Shown in pieces: positions 1 to 9,692 of a stretch of DNA of 32,000 bases. This stretch comes from Candidatus Heimdallarchaeota archaeon. GTDB lineage: Archaea; Asgardarchaeota; Heimdallarchaeia; Heimdallarchaeales; Kariarchaeaceae. Under the pieces are notes generated by a model. The model saw nothing but the letters and a program-made list of their open reading frames with translations. It made no database searches and had not been told where the DNA came from. The stretch is from the NCBI GenBank assembly GCA_030149205.1, contig JASBSB010000008.1, positions 60,001 to 92,000 of the forward strand, written 5' to 3'. Both the position numbers and the translations under genes were made by a program. Each line of letters starts with the position of its first letter. Position 1 is the stretch's first letter.

Positions 1-1179
1 GAAGAGAGCTATGAACCTATAGTAATGTTGAGGATTAATTTCTAAATATCTATAGGCTGAAAAGGCACTCCATGAAATAACAAACAGAGTAAGGAAAAAC
101 AACACAAGTGAGGAAACTATTATCGAAAGAACTTGAGCAAGGAATAGATCACCTGAAGCAACAGCAGAACCAACAATCGTAACTGAGATTCCTGCATTAG
201 AGGGATTTCTGAGTGAGGCAATTGTTGGTACCCCTTTCTGAGTACCTCCTGCAAGGAATAAACGGTAAACATATGATGTAGGGTCGTATAGAATAAAGGG
301 AATTGATAATAACAAGCTATAAATTATGAACTCAATAAAAAACATAATCCCTCTAAGCCACCCATATCTTCTTACTAATAACATCAAAATTGGCATAGCA
401 ATTAAGAGAGGAAATTGTTTTGTCAAAAATGCCATTCCCAAGAAAAATATGGCAAGAGAATCATTATGCCTCATGAAGAACCATACAGAAATTAGAAACA
501 GAAGGGTCATTTGCGGGGTGTTAAACCCATAGAAAATTTGGTAAACCAAGTTTACTGGTAAAACACTATGAAAAAGAGCAACAATCAAAGCGATAATGTT
601 TCCTGTTACTCGTTTTGCTAGAAGATATACCATTACAGAAATCAAAGAGTATGAAATGACGTTTGAATAGACTAAGGATTCAACAGCCCCCATGTTGAAA
701 AACAGAGACCCTACTGATATAAAAAATATATAGAACGGGCCATAAACGTAACCGTGCATTTGATCTGGAAGAATTGGTGCAGTATTCCCGCCAGTAAACG
801 GATTCCAACCTCTTACAAAATTCTGAACATAGGGGATATAATAATAATTAAAGTCATAGAATCCCTCCACCTGAATGTTTTGATTTGGAGCCCATCCAAG
901 TAAGCTAGTAACCCAGTAAAGTTCAGGGTGATTATTTATAAAATTGAAAGGTTTATTTGTATAAGCATAACCACCGACACCGCCAACAGTTTGTAGAAAA
1001 TAATTAAATGCAATAAAGCTAAACCAGTAGGTTACGCTAAATATTAAAATCGAAAATATTAGGTCAGTAAGCCTATCCTGTCTTTGTTCACTCTTCGGTT
1101 TTTGATCAAATGGTCTTTCCTTAACGTATTCTATGATGGTTGAGATGGTTGAGTTTTTTACAACATCTTTCTTATCCAC
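1..1179 (-). CDS. GT-C fold polytopic membrane glycosyltransferase (PMT_2/ArnT/GT87-like), 3' end truncated by window edge
   Basis: Not in the ORF track. Manual translation gives an open frame from GTG 1179 (in-frame TGA at 1185-1183) to base 1, 393 codons without a stop. It has an N-terminal TM helix, a large loop (..GFYDFNYYYIPY..GYVYGPFYIFF..) and many TM helices with 'GMAFLTKQFPLLIAMP', a typical GT-C pattern. Confidence 0.75.
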   Translation of the reverse strand, partial: MDKKDVVKNSTISTIIEYVKERPFDQKPKSEQRQDRLTDLIFSILIFSVTYWFSFIAFNYFLQTVGGVGGYAYTNKPFNFINNHPELYWVTSLLGWAPNQNIQVEGFYDFNYYYIPYVQNFVRGWNPFTGGNTAPILPDQMHGYVYGPFYIFFISVGSLFFNMGAVESLVYSNVISYSLISVMVYLLAKRVTGNIIALIVALFHSVLPVNLVYQIFYGFNTPQMTLLFLISVWFFMRHNDSLAIFFLGMAFLTKQFPLLIAMPILMLLVRRYGWLRGIMFFIEFIIYSLLLSIPFILYDPTSYVYRLFLAGGTQKGVPTIASLRNPSNAGISVTIVGSAVASGDLFLAQVLSIIVSSLVLFFLTLFVISWSAFSAYRYLEINPQHYYRFIALF

Positions 1180-1266
1180 ACGTCAGGATAAACCAACACA
1201 TATTAAATTATTTCTAAAACATAAGAAATAAAGCTAAGTCTCTCAATAACTAGTCGATTTGAATCC

Positions 1267-1656
1267 TTATTGCAATCGAGACATGAATTCATTTTCATTT
1301 ACAATAAATCTTGTGTGAGTTCCTGAACCTATGACATACCCCTGATATCTTGCTGTCACCTCGAATTCCAATTTCTTTCGATCTTGACTCAAAAGTTTTG
1401 CAAAAACCTCAACTTCTTCACCAATTCCAACCGCCTTTAAATGATCAACACAAATTCGGGTTCCAACGGTACCATATCCTTCTGGGAGAAATGGGATCAC
1501 AGAATTCATTGCCACTTGCTCCATAAAGAGAATCATGCTTGGAGTAGCTAAAACTTCAACTGTCCCAGACCCCAGGGTTCTTGCAGTATGATTCATTGAA
1601 ATTTTGTAAAGAATATGATGCTGTATCTCTTCCGGGAGAACAATATTCATAGGCAA
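1267..1656 (-). CDS. Hotdog-fold thioesterase, FlK (fluoroacetyl-CoA thioesterase)-like family
   Basis: TARTLGSG-x-VEVLATPSMILFME, TVGTRICVDHLKA and GSGTHTRFIV match the family pattern; the Thr/Glu/His catalytic-type residues are present. Confidence 0.85.
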   Translation of the reverse strand: MPMNIVLPEEIQHHILYKISMNHTARTLGSGTVEVLATPSMILFMEQVAMNSVIPFLPEGYGTVGTRICVDHLKAVGIGEEVEVFAKLLSQDRKKLEFEVTARYQGYVIGSGTHTRFIVNENEFMSRLQ

Positions 1657-1759
1657 AGGTAAACCAAGAGAATTTATTCTTTATGGAGAAATAAGTTCTG
1701 AATCTAACAAGTTTTTGTGATAATTTAGAAAGGATTATAGTAGAACATTAAACTTAACC

Positions 1760-2635
1760 GTGATGAAGAAATCAACAATGGGGTTGATTGCTTTGATCCT
1801 ATACTTCCTTATAACATGGAGTGTCCTCTTAGCAACAAACCCCTTAAATAATACTGGTAATTTTTACAGAGAAGAAATTCAAGGTGTCTCATACTTTGGC
1901 GATCAGGGATTTCAGTTTTCTAGTGTTTCGAACATTTACATAAAAAGCTACACAATACAAGGTTCAGGAGAAAACAAGACAATAAAGTTTTTACTAATTG
2001 ATCAAAATTCTAAAGGAGAATTGAGAACACTTGTTCAGCCCTATAAGCCTGCAAATTTCTTATTCAATTACACAATTGGTTCTGATGGATATCCCACAAA
2101 ATTTAACTTAGACCTGTTATATTTTCGAGATAATACTGGTGGACTTGCTTTCCCTTACAATACTTATGAATGGAATTTTTTGTCATCATTGAAATGTGAT
2201 CAAATCAGTTGTAGGTATAACAGAGAAAGTAACCAGTCATTGTTTAATCAAAATTTTCTTTTCGACCTGAAAGCAAATGTAGATGGTAAGGTTCAGGTTT
2301 TAAGGTATAACGTTGAGCTGAGCACCTCAAATGACAAAAATGGACAAACTATCAGGACAGCCTATCATATGATTGTCAGAGACTCGTCAGAGAATATTTT
2401 ATACGAGATCTCACATTCCTTTTACAGAATGACTGATTTCGAAAGAGCGACTAACATTTTGAATCAACCCTGGCTAACTGTACCATTCTATTTCACGGGA
2501 GCTTATTTCTTTGTTTGGGCATTTAATGAATCGTCTAATTATGTAAAGAAAAATAACATCAAATTGTTTTATAGATTAGAAACAGAAAACAAGAACGAGA
2601 ATATTAATGAAACAGACCCTGACAATATGAATTAG
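1760..2635 (+). CDS. Hypothetical membrane protein with extracellular beta-rich domain
   Basis: N-terminal hydrophobic segment (GLIALILYFLITWSVLL), a second TM near the C-terminus (PWLTVPFYFTGAYFFVWAF), several N-x-S/T sequons and an acidic Asn-rich tail. Confidence 0.65.
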   Translation: MMKKSTMGLIALILYFLITWSVLLATNPLNNTGNFYREEIQGVSYFGDQGFQFSSVSNIYIKSYTIQGSGENKTIKFLLIDQNSKGELRTLVQPYKPANFLFNYTIGSDGYPTKFNLDLLYFRDNTGGLAFPYNTYEWNFLSSLKCDQISCRYNRESNQSLFNQNFLFDLKANVDGKVQVLRYNVELSTSNDKNGQTIRTAYHMIVRDSSENILYEISHSFYRMTDFERATNILNQPWLTVPFYFTGAYFFVWAFNESSNYVKKNNIKLFYRLETENKNENINETDPDNMN

Positions 2636-2815
2636 TAAAATAATTATCCGCTACATTTTCGGTTAACTACCTTAAATAATTACTATGCAGGACTTAAAAT
2701 AGCTCTTATAAAATTACCACTCTTATAAATTGCTTAAATTTCTTCAATACAATATCTACCATAAAATGATTTAGCTCATGCTATTTAACTAGAATGTTTA
2801 GTTCACGAATATTAA

Positions 2816-4111
2816 CTAAGGGGCCAATCTATCTACTGTTCTTGGAAAGGCTACAACCTCACGAACATCTGGTGCTGAAATTAAAGTCGCAAGAAGACGC
2901 TCTAATCCTAATCCAAACCCAGCATGTGGAGCACACCCATACTTAAAAAATTCAAGATATGATTCAAAATTCTCTGGGTTTAAACCCTTATTTTCCAAAT
3001 TTTTAACAAGTTGTTCATATCTATGCTCTCTCCAAGCCCCAGAGGCTAGTTCATGTTTAAAGATCAAATCAAAGGCATGAGAATGCTTTTCCTTACCTTC
3101 GACTCCATGAACATAAAATTTTGCAACAGATTTTGGAAAGTGGAAAATGAAAAAGGGTTCATTAATTAATTCCCAAAGTTTTGCCTCCTGTTCGGTTGAA
3201 AAATCTTCTCCCCATTCCATAGGCATTCCATTTTGATTTAACAGCTCAACACATTCGTCATATGATATTCTCTTAAAAGGTGTCGAGACCTCAGGGATCT
3301 GGATGTTTAACAATTCCAACTCCTTCTTATGTTTTCTAAGTTCATCAGATGCTACCTTTACTATTCCTTCAAGAACGGGCCAAACTCCTTCTTCTGTAAC
3401 GAAAGGGATTTCAACGTCAAATCCAGTGAACTCTGCTAGGTGTCTTCTCGTTCTACTTTTCTCTGCTCTGAAATATGGTGTTACCTCATAAAACTTGGTT
3501 CCTGTATTTCCAGCAATTGCTTGTTTGTGAAGTTGAGGACTCATCGCTAAATATGCTTGTTTACCAAACCAATCTATACTGAAAACATCTGCACCACCTT
3601 CACTAGATTGTCCAAGCACTTTTGGTGTTGACCAAAAAGTAAACCCCTCATGGTGCATGTAGTTGTTTACCGCAAAAAGCATTGCTGATCTGAGTTTAAA
3701 ATATGCTAAAACTGCTGGATTTCTTAAATCCAATATTCTCCAATCAAATCTTGTGTCCTTATTTGTGTTGATATAATCTGCAAATGGATCGAAGGGTAAC
3801 GGAGTCAGCGCAGGATTTAATATTTGCAATTCCAGAGGAGAGATTTCCACACCTCTTGGTGCCTCTTTATGCTCTTTAACTGTGCCCTTTACTGCTACGA
3901 CAGATTCTTGAGTCAATTGTTTAAGCTTTTCAAAGACCTCGGGTGCTTTATTCTTGAGACAAGTGACTTGAATCGTGGAATCTGCATCTCTAATCACTAA
4001 AAACGCTATTTTACCTTTAATTCGAATCGCCTGAACCCACCCATTAATTACAACCTCTTGTCCACTTTTTGAGCTGTCAATCTCAATCAAACCCATAGTA
4101 CGGAACATCAT
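2816..4111 (-). CDS. aspS: Aspartate--tRNA ligase, archaeal type, probably non-discriminating (tRNA-Asp/Asn)
   Basis: N-terminal OB fold (GWV..IR..GKIAFLVIRD), SPQLHKQ (Asp-type rather than Asn-type), motif 2 FRAEKSRTRRHLAEF and motif 3 PHAGFGLGLERL. Pro in 'EAPRGVE' sits at the position linked to ND enzymes. Confidence 0.95.
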   Translation of the reverse strand: MMFRTMGLIEIDSSKSGQEVVINGWVQAIRIKGKIAFLVIRDADSTIQVTCLKNKAPEVFEKLKQLTQESVVAVKGTVKEHKEAPRGVEISPLELQILNPALTPLPFDPFADYINTNKDTRFDWRILDLRNPAVLAYFKLRSAMLFAVNNYMHHEGFTFWSTPKVLGQSSEGGADVFSIDWFGKQAYLAMSPQLHKQAIAGNTGTKFYEVTPYFRAEKSRTRRHLAEFTGFDVEIPFVTEEGVWPVLEGIVKVASDELRKHKKELELLNIQIPEVSTPFKRISYDECVELLNQNGMPMEWGEDFSTEQEAKLWELINEPFFIFHFPKSVAKFYVHGVEGKEKHSHAFDLIFKHELASGAWREHRYEQLVKNLENKGLNPENFESYLEFFKYGCAPHAGFGLGLERLLATLISAPDVREVVAFPRTVDRLAP

Positions 4112-4157
4112 TCTTATTTAGCAGAGTATCATGCTTTGTTAAACCTTTCAATAAAAT

Positions 4158-4442
4158 TCAGTTCAAGGACATTGGTTCAATTAGTACCTCTTCACAGTCA
4201 AAAAACCTGTAATGCCAGTGATCTACAAATAATTCATCTGAGGGTTGAAATCCTTGGGCTTCCACAACTAGTTGTAATCCACAATCACAGCTAATTTCAC
4301 ACAAATAGACGTACCTATAAGCGCTATGACCAAATTGTTCCTCAATCATTGTTCTGGCAAGGTACCAATCTTTTATTAGATGATAAGCAGAACATTTAGA
4401 GCATTGAACATGAACTTTATCTAACAATATATTGATACTCAT
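4158..4442 (-). CDS. Small putative zinc-binding protein
   Basis: CSKC near the N-terminus and C-x3-C-x-C (CEISCDCG). Codirectional with and 46 bp upstream of aspS; AGGAGG directly precedes the ATG. Confidence 0.6.
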   Translation of the reverse strand: MSINILLDKVHVQCSKCSAYHLIKDWYLARTMIEEQFGHSAYRYVYLCEISCDCGLQLVVEAQGFQPSDELFVDHWHYRFFDCEEVLIEPMSLN

Positions 4443-4564
4443 CCTCCTACAATTTATACTTTATTAAATAAATAGGATGAGTCTTCAAATTTTGGAACTG
4501 ATCACATTCTATCTTGTATTATTATTGATTGAAATCATCCTACAAATCTCAAGATTTAAGGAAT

Positions 4565-5581
4565 TCAATAATTCAAAGGTATCAATGATTTGTAAATCGT
4601 TACTATATCATCTATTTTCTCTAAGACTTCGTGAATTAGGCTTATGTTTTCACTTAACAAATATAGAAATTTATTTTCAGATAACTTGATGATAATTACC
4701 TTATATTTCTCAACATCTAAAGTTGAATAATTTGAGTTTAGTTTGTACAACAGGGTGTTAATGTTGATTTGTTCCTCCACAATCATTTGTTGTAACTTAT
4801 CAGTATCAATTGTCCCACTTGCTGAGACTTCTTCAACTAAGATGTCACTTGCAAAATTTGATTCAAAGAGTATTATTCCTAAATTAGAGGTATCTATATC
4901 AAAACTGTCTAGAATCTCATTAAACATTTCAACATGGGTTGGAAGATTGAAAAACTTGTACTGGTCAATATAAAAGTTTGATTGAGTAAGTTGTTTACTT
5001 AATTCCCGACTCTTATCTTCTGAAAGTTGAGGTGGGAATTTGAACATTCTATTTTGACTAAGTTTGATTCTGTCTTGCAGTCCAAGAGATTCAATTATTA
5101 AATTTAAATTTGAAACTATGTTATTACTAAAGTTCCCTTGTTTGATTTTTGAAGATACAAAATTATTTAGCAAAGTTATAAGATAAATTATGATCAAATC
5201 TTTATTTTCGATTTCATCTGAAGTCTCAAAGACAAAGAGCAACAGCAATCCACTCCCGAGTATAAACCCAATGTTTTTGGTTTTCAGTTTTATGTTTTGA
5301 AAAACATCACTCTTTGTTTGTTCCTGAAAGAGAAGGAGACTGACTACAAGGTTTTGCATAGTTTCTCTTAATACATCATCATAATCTACATCTAAAAATT
5401 TTAAGTCGCAAAGGTATGTGGGAATATCATCTTTCAATTGAACAAAGAAAATATGTGATAAATTTTTGGGATTTTCATTCACATAGTCCTGAAACATTGA
5501 CTTTATTCTATCGAAATTTATGGGAACTGAAGAATTAAGATTGTTGGTCAAATGTATCCCTAGTATGAAATCTAAACACAA
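4565..5581 (-). CDS. Hypothetical protein with probable longin-like plus roadblock/LC7-like domains
   Basis: By-eye secondary-structure periodicity: aa ~40-146 beta-beta-alpha-beta-beta-beta-alpha, aa ~217-335 alpha-beta-beta-alpha-beta-beta-beta-alpha (..STLDVEKYKVIIIKLSENKFLYLLSE..LIHEVLEKIDDIV). Confidence 0.5.
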   Translation of the reverse strand: MCLDFILGIHLTNNLNSSVPINFDRIKSMFQDYVNENPKNLSHIFFVQLKDDIPTYLCDLKFLDVDYDDVLRETMQNLVVSLLLFQEQTKSDVFQNIKLKTKNIGFILGSGLLLLFVFETSDEIENKDLIIIYLITLLNNFVSSKIKQGNFSNNIVSNLNLIIESLGLQDRIKLSQNRMFKFPPQLSEDKSRELSKQLTQSNFYIDQYKFFNLPTHVEMFNEILDSFDIDTSNLGIILFESNFASDILVEEVSASGTIDTDKLQQMIVEEQININTLLYKLNSNYSTLDVEKYKVIIIKLSENKFLYLLSENISLIHEVLEKIDDIVTIYKSLIPLNY

Positions 5582-5693
5582 TTTATAACTTTTGAGGAGA
5601 ATAATACTATGATAACCTGAACTTTTCTTGGTTTAATGAAGCTAATTGTGACATCATCTTGGGGTTTATGTAGTTATAAAAGTAATTAAGCCT

Positions 5694-6506
5694 GTGCAGA
5701 ATTCAACTGTAACCAAGATAAACTCTCATTTATATTTAATCCAAGAAGATTTGGAAGAGTTAGACCCCAGATTTAAAACCAAGTTTGTAAACCTTTACCT
5801 CATAGTTGGGAGTAAACTATCTGTTCTTGTTGATACAGGTTCTGGATTTAACCCTAATCTGAGAGCGACTGTAGAGAATATTATTGGTGATACAGAATTA
5901 TTAGTGTTCAACACACACCATCATTTTGACCATGTTGGAGGAAATGCATTGTTTGATCAAATTCACGTGCACAAGCTGGATTATATCCCAGTTTCGAAAG
6001 ATAGAGATGTTTCTTTTCTATCTACCTCAGGAACAAAAGTTCATGATAGCTTAAATCATGAAAATTACATCATCAAACCCTGTGATGATATAATTCCACT
6101 TGTAGGTGGAGAAGTTTACGATTTAGGGAATATGACTCTTAAAATACTCCATGCACAGAGCCACACACCAGGGTCAATAATCTTGTACACAAGCTTTGGA
6201 GAAATATTTACTGGTGATGTAATCAACCAAGGGGCGTTTTTTTTTCCAGAAACAGTCTATTTGGGAGATTATGTTGAGGTTTTAAATGAGGTGTATGATG
6301 AGGTTGCTGATTTTCTTGAGTCTGGTAGGCTTTATCCAGGACATGGTCCAGTTGGTCTTCCTGTTGAAACCATTCATGAGGTAATGTTTGAGTTGCAAAT
6401 GTTTGCTTCAAAATGGGACACTGGTAACTATGATGAGTATCTGGAGAGTTATATTCATGAATTTCAAGACTTTGTCTTTATCTTCCCAAAAAACACACTA
6501 ATTTGA
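5694..6506 (+). CDS. MBL-fold metallo-hydrolase
   Basis: VLVDTG, THHHFDHVGG (HxHxDH), HTPGS, FTGD and PGHG metal-binding motifs are intact; GTG start. Confidence 0.92.
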   Translation: MQNSTVTKINSHLYLIQEDLEELDPRFKTKFVNLYLIVGSKLSVLVDTGSGFNPNLRATVENIIGDTELLVFNTHHHFDHVGGNALFDQIHVHKLDYIPVSKDRDVSFLSTSGTKVHDSLNHENYIIKPCDDIIPLVGGEVYDLGNMTLKILHAQSHTPGSIILYTSFGEIFTGDVINQGAFFFPETVYLGDYVEVLNEVYDEVADFLESGRLYPGHGPVGLPVETIHEVMFELQMFASKWDTGNYDEYLESYIHEFQDFVFIFPKNTLI

Positions 6507-6602
6507 GTGGATGATCCTTCAGTTAATTACTTTGAGATTTTATTTTACTAATTAATAGGTACCAATATTCAATTCAATCCACTATATTCTTGAGAAGGAA
6601 TT

Positions 6603-9461
6603 TTAGGAAAAAATGACTGCTGGTCTCCATGGAACAGCCATTGATTTTTTCGGATCGTCAGATTCATCAAATTTGTAAATCTCTATTTCAAGATTCATGG
6701 ACTTTGCAATAAATTCTGTCGCTTCGTTTAATGAAGTGAACTCCAAGCTTTCACTAGTGTCAAATTCAGGTGCTGAATTTTGTTTCAGAAGAGCTTGGAC
6801 ATACTTAGAAACGGCTTTTCCATTTTTCCTCAGATCAGGGTCGCTCATAACTATTTTCATTAATGAATCGAAATGCTCTCGAGATTTATCATAGACTGAG
6901 TATTTCCAAGGTTCAGCGAGAATTATTGTAATTTTACTCATCTCATTATTCCTGTTGAGTAATTTGTTTAAGTTTTTTAAGTCTTGCAGAACATTATTGA
7001 TGAAGGTTTCCGCTGTTTCTGCTTTTTCATCCATGAAGTCGGGATTATGTGAAGGAAAGTTTGTTTCTGAAATAAGTCCAGACTTACCCCAATTATTCCA
7101 AATCTCTTCAGAGATAAAGGGTATAACCGGCGTTATTAATTTGACCATGGTCTCAACTGCCACTCTAAATCCTGGACCCGTTGATCCCCTTCTGTTAAGA
7201 TACCAGCGTATGGATCCTAAAATATCATGGTATGAATGTTGAAATGCAGATCGAGTTCTAAAATTAGAATAAGCCTCGTTAGCCTTGAGAATAGATTTTT
7301 GAACTTTAGAAATCAACCATTTGTCAATTATTTCCATCTTCTCATCGTCAATTTCTTGGAAAGCAAATTCCCAAATCTGTTCTACCCACTTCTCATAACC
7401 TTGAATCTCTTCAGGGTTAATCACTGCATCATTCATTCCTTCACCTGCTGTTGCAAGTGCTAACCTGGTTATATCCGCACCAAAGGTATTGATATAGTCA
7501 TCTAAAGTTTTGAAATTACCTTTACTTTTTGACATTTTTTCCTCGATAATCTTGTCATCATGGGTCTTCTTTGCCATATTTATGTAACCGTTAACGTGAA
7601 CCGCCTTTGGCCAATATTTTTCTGGAAAAATTGCTGCATGATGAAAGAGCATGAAGGTCAAATGATTATTGATTAAATCCTTTCCAGAGGATCGAACATC
7701 AAATGGGTAATAATATCTGAATTCATCCTGTATCTCTTTTAACAAAGTCTCAGGAATTTGATGTTTCTTCGAAATAAGCTTTCGATTTCCTTTACCTAAG
7801 TAGATGTAATCATACACCTCAAAGTTTGCCCATTCTAATTTAAATTGTCCTTGATTTACAAATTTTGAAACAATGTAATATGCCATATAGATGGTACTAT
7901 CTGCTAATGTCTCAATTATCCATTCAGGATCCCAAGGTGCAGGAGTCCCTAATCCAGATCTCCTTACACAAGCTTTATCTTCTATCCAGTCAATTGCAGC
8001 CAAGAAGGCGTTTTTTGCCTCAGGGGGATAGAATTCCATCTGATCCACCATTTTCAATACCTTCTTCTTCCACTTTTCATCTCCAAATTTTAAAAACCAT
8101 TGATCTGTTAAGAATTTTACATGATTCCTAGTACCACAACGACAGATAACAATCTCCCCAGGTTCTTTAAGAATAAAAACTTTAGAATCTTTGATTATTT
8201 TTTCAATGATCTTTTCTTTGGCATTCTCAACTGGGAGACCCTCAAATTCACCCATTATGGCTTTTGTTATCCCATGTCTACCTTCTCGCCTGTAAACCAG
8301 TTTTGTTGCTTCTTTCAGTCTATCATCATTTTGACTTTCAATTCCCATTTCCTCAACGACATCTTTTGCTGGAAATTCAGAACTACCTTCAACAACAATT
8401 AATGAGATTGGTTCAATTTTTTGAATCTGATCTTTTGTAATCCCAAACCTTTCAAGTTCCTTCCAATTCTTTTTGTTCTCAATTAGAGTGACATAATCAA
8501 CCGGAGCATGAGCTGGAACTGACATAACAACACCTGTCACACCTTTTGTGTCAATGAATTCTCCTGGGAGAATAATGACTTCGTTGTCAGTCAGGGGATT
8601 AATTGCATATTTTCCGAAGAGGGTGGACACATCTATATCCTCCACCTCACCAACCTCAAATTGTTGATCCCTAAATTTTATCACCGCTGATTTCTCAACC
8701 ACCAATGATTCTCCGTTAACAACCACCTTTACGTATTGACCTTGAGGGTGTAAAAATATATTCGTGACTCCATAGGTAGTTTCTGGTCTTAAAGTTCCAG
8801 GTACAAGACTGGCTTGTATTTCTGGGACATAAAACTTGATTAAGACAAAATCAGCAATTCTTGCGCCTTCACCTTCAAGTCTATCATGGTCACCGGTGGG
8901 ACTCTGACAAGATGGGCAGTAAATTACCGGGTGATTGCCTTGACCTACATACCCACCTTCTTTGAGATGCTTGTACTGCCATTCCACAAACTTAGAGAAA
9001 GTGGGAGTATATTGTGTGGTCACAAATTTTCTTCTCCAATCAACAGCTCCACCTAACCTTTTGATAGATTCTTCTGCTGCATCCTTGAAAAATTCAATGA
9101 TTTTTTTAGGATCTTTAAACTCTTCAATTTGATCAGGATCAACACCAGAGAGGATCAAAGAATTTATTTGGTCGTTATCACCTTGTGATACTCTTTTAGC
9201 AGCTCCAACAATCGGTTCACCCGTAGCATGAAATGCAAAAGGTAAAAGGGTGTTGTACCCTTTCATTTTCTTATATCTCATCAAGACATCTAATTTCATG
9301 AAACTATAGCCATGCCCTAAATGAAGTCTCCCATTTACATAGGGGAAGGGAAAATTACCATAGTATCTCTTTTGCTCTGAAGGATCAGATTCAAAAATTC
9401 GCTTCTTCTCCCATTCCTTCCGCCATTTAGATTCTGATTTGGTTTTATCGTATGCTTTCAT
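6603..9461 (-). CDS. leuS: Leucine--tRNA ligase, archaeal/eukaryotic type
   Basis: FPFPYVNGRLHLGH (HIGH), CP1 editing domain (TLRPET..GVTN; GVVMSVPAHAPVDY), KMSKSKGN and C-terminal A.PWRPA; 952 aa. Confidence 0.97.
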   Translation of the reverse strand: MKAYDKTKSESKWRKEWEKKRIFESDPSEQKRYYGNFPFPYVNGRLHLGHGYSFMKLDVLMRYKKMKGYNTLLPFAFHATGEPIVGAAKRVSQGDNDQINSLILSGVDPDQIEEFKDPKKIIEFFKDAAEESIKRLGGAVDWRRKFVTTQYTPTFSKFVEWQYKHLKEGGYVGQGNHPVIYCPSCQSPTGDHDRLEGEGARIADFVLIKFYVPEIQASLVPGTLRPETTYGVTNIFLHPQGQYVKVVVNGESLVVEKSAVIKFRDQQFEVGEVEDIDVSTLFGKYAINPLTDNEVIILPGEFIDTKGVTGVVMSVPAHAPVDYVTLIENKKNWKELERFGITKDQIQKIEPISLIVVEGSSEFPAKDVVEEMGIESQNDDRLKEATKLVYRREGRHGITKAIMGEFEGLPVENAKEKIIEKIIKDSKVFILKEPGEIVICRCGTRNHVKFLTDQWFLKFGDEKWKKKVLKMVDQMEFYPPEAKNAFLAAIDWIEDKACVRRSGLGTPAPWDPEWIIETLADSTIYMAYYIVSKFVNQGQFKLEWANFEVYDYIYLGKGNRKLISKKHQIPETLLKEIQDEFRYYYPFDVRSSGKDLINNHLTFMLFHHAAIFPEKYWPKAVHVNGYINMAKKTHDDKIIEEKMSKSKGNFKTLDDYINTFGADITRLALATAGEGMNDAVINPEEIQGYEKWVEQIWEFAFQEIDDEKMEIIDKWLISKVQKSILKANEAYSNFRTRSAFQHSYHDILGSIRWYLNRRGSTGPGFRVAVETMVKLITPVIPFISEEIWNNWGKSGLISETNFPSHNPDFMDEKAETAETFINNVLQDLKNLNKLLNRNNEMSKITIILAEPWKYSVYDKSREHFDSLMKIVMSDPDLRKNGKAVSKYVQALLKQNSAPEFDTSESLEFTSLNEATEFIAKSMNLEIEIYKFDESDDPKKSMAVPWRPAVIFS

Positions 9462-9471
9462 AAACTGGTGA

Positions 9472-9520
9472 CTCCTTCGGTAACCTCTTCAGTTGCAATA
9501 AGGTTATAAAAAAATTGCAA
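9472..9520 (-). promoter_or_regulatory. Putative leuS promoter: TATA-like box flanked by a 7-bp inverted repeat, plus SD
   Basis: Minus-strand TTTTTTATAA (9513-9504) lies about 45 nt upstream of ATG 9461, and AAGGAG (9477-9472) lies 10 nt upstream of it. TTGCAAT (9493-9499) and ATTGCAA (9514-9520) bracket the TATA. Confidence 0.45.
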
Positions 9521-9692
9521 TGAATCAGATTCTCCACTTTTATTTTAGGTTTTTGAGTTAAACTAAATGTTGAATAGAACGTAATTCCTCATTTATACCA
9601 ATTAATATTATTTGAAAAATTATAAAAGGGTTTTCATCTTAAATATAAGATTACACCTTAAAGAGTTTTATTGAGTTATCAAAGTTTGAATT

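Noticed and set aside
326-532. 68-aa plus-strand ORF
   Set aside because: Antisense shadow of the GT-C gene (1-1179), which is absent from the track.
2690-2740. Repeated CTCTTATAAA/CTTAAA words between convergent genes
   Set aside because: Short, very AT-rich and without regular spacing; expected by chance.
3040-3065. AspRS 'ELASGAWREH' instead of the common SGxQR
   Set aside because: This position varies among archaeal AspRSs; not enough to suggest altered specificity.
7530-7590. Short insertion (AKKTHDDKIIE) before KMSKS in LeuRS
   Set aside because: A known variable position in LeuRS; too small to be a domain.
3303-8402. Short ORFs at 3303, 4477, 4743, 6223, 6697, 6955, 7236, 7865 and 8121
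   Set aside because: Antisense or overlapping shadows of longer, well-supported genes, with no motifs.
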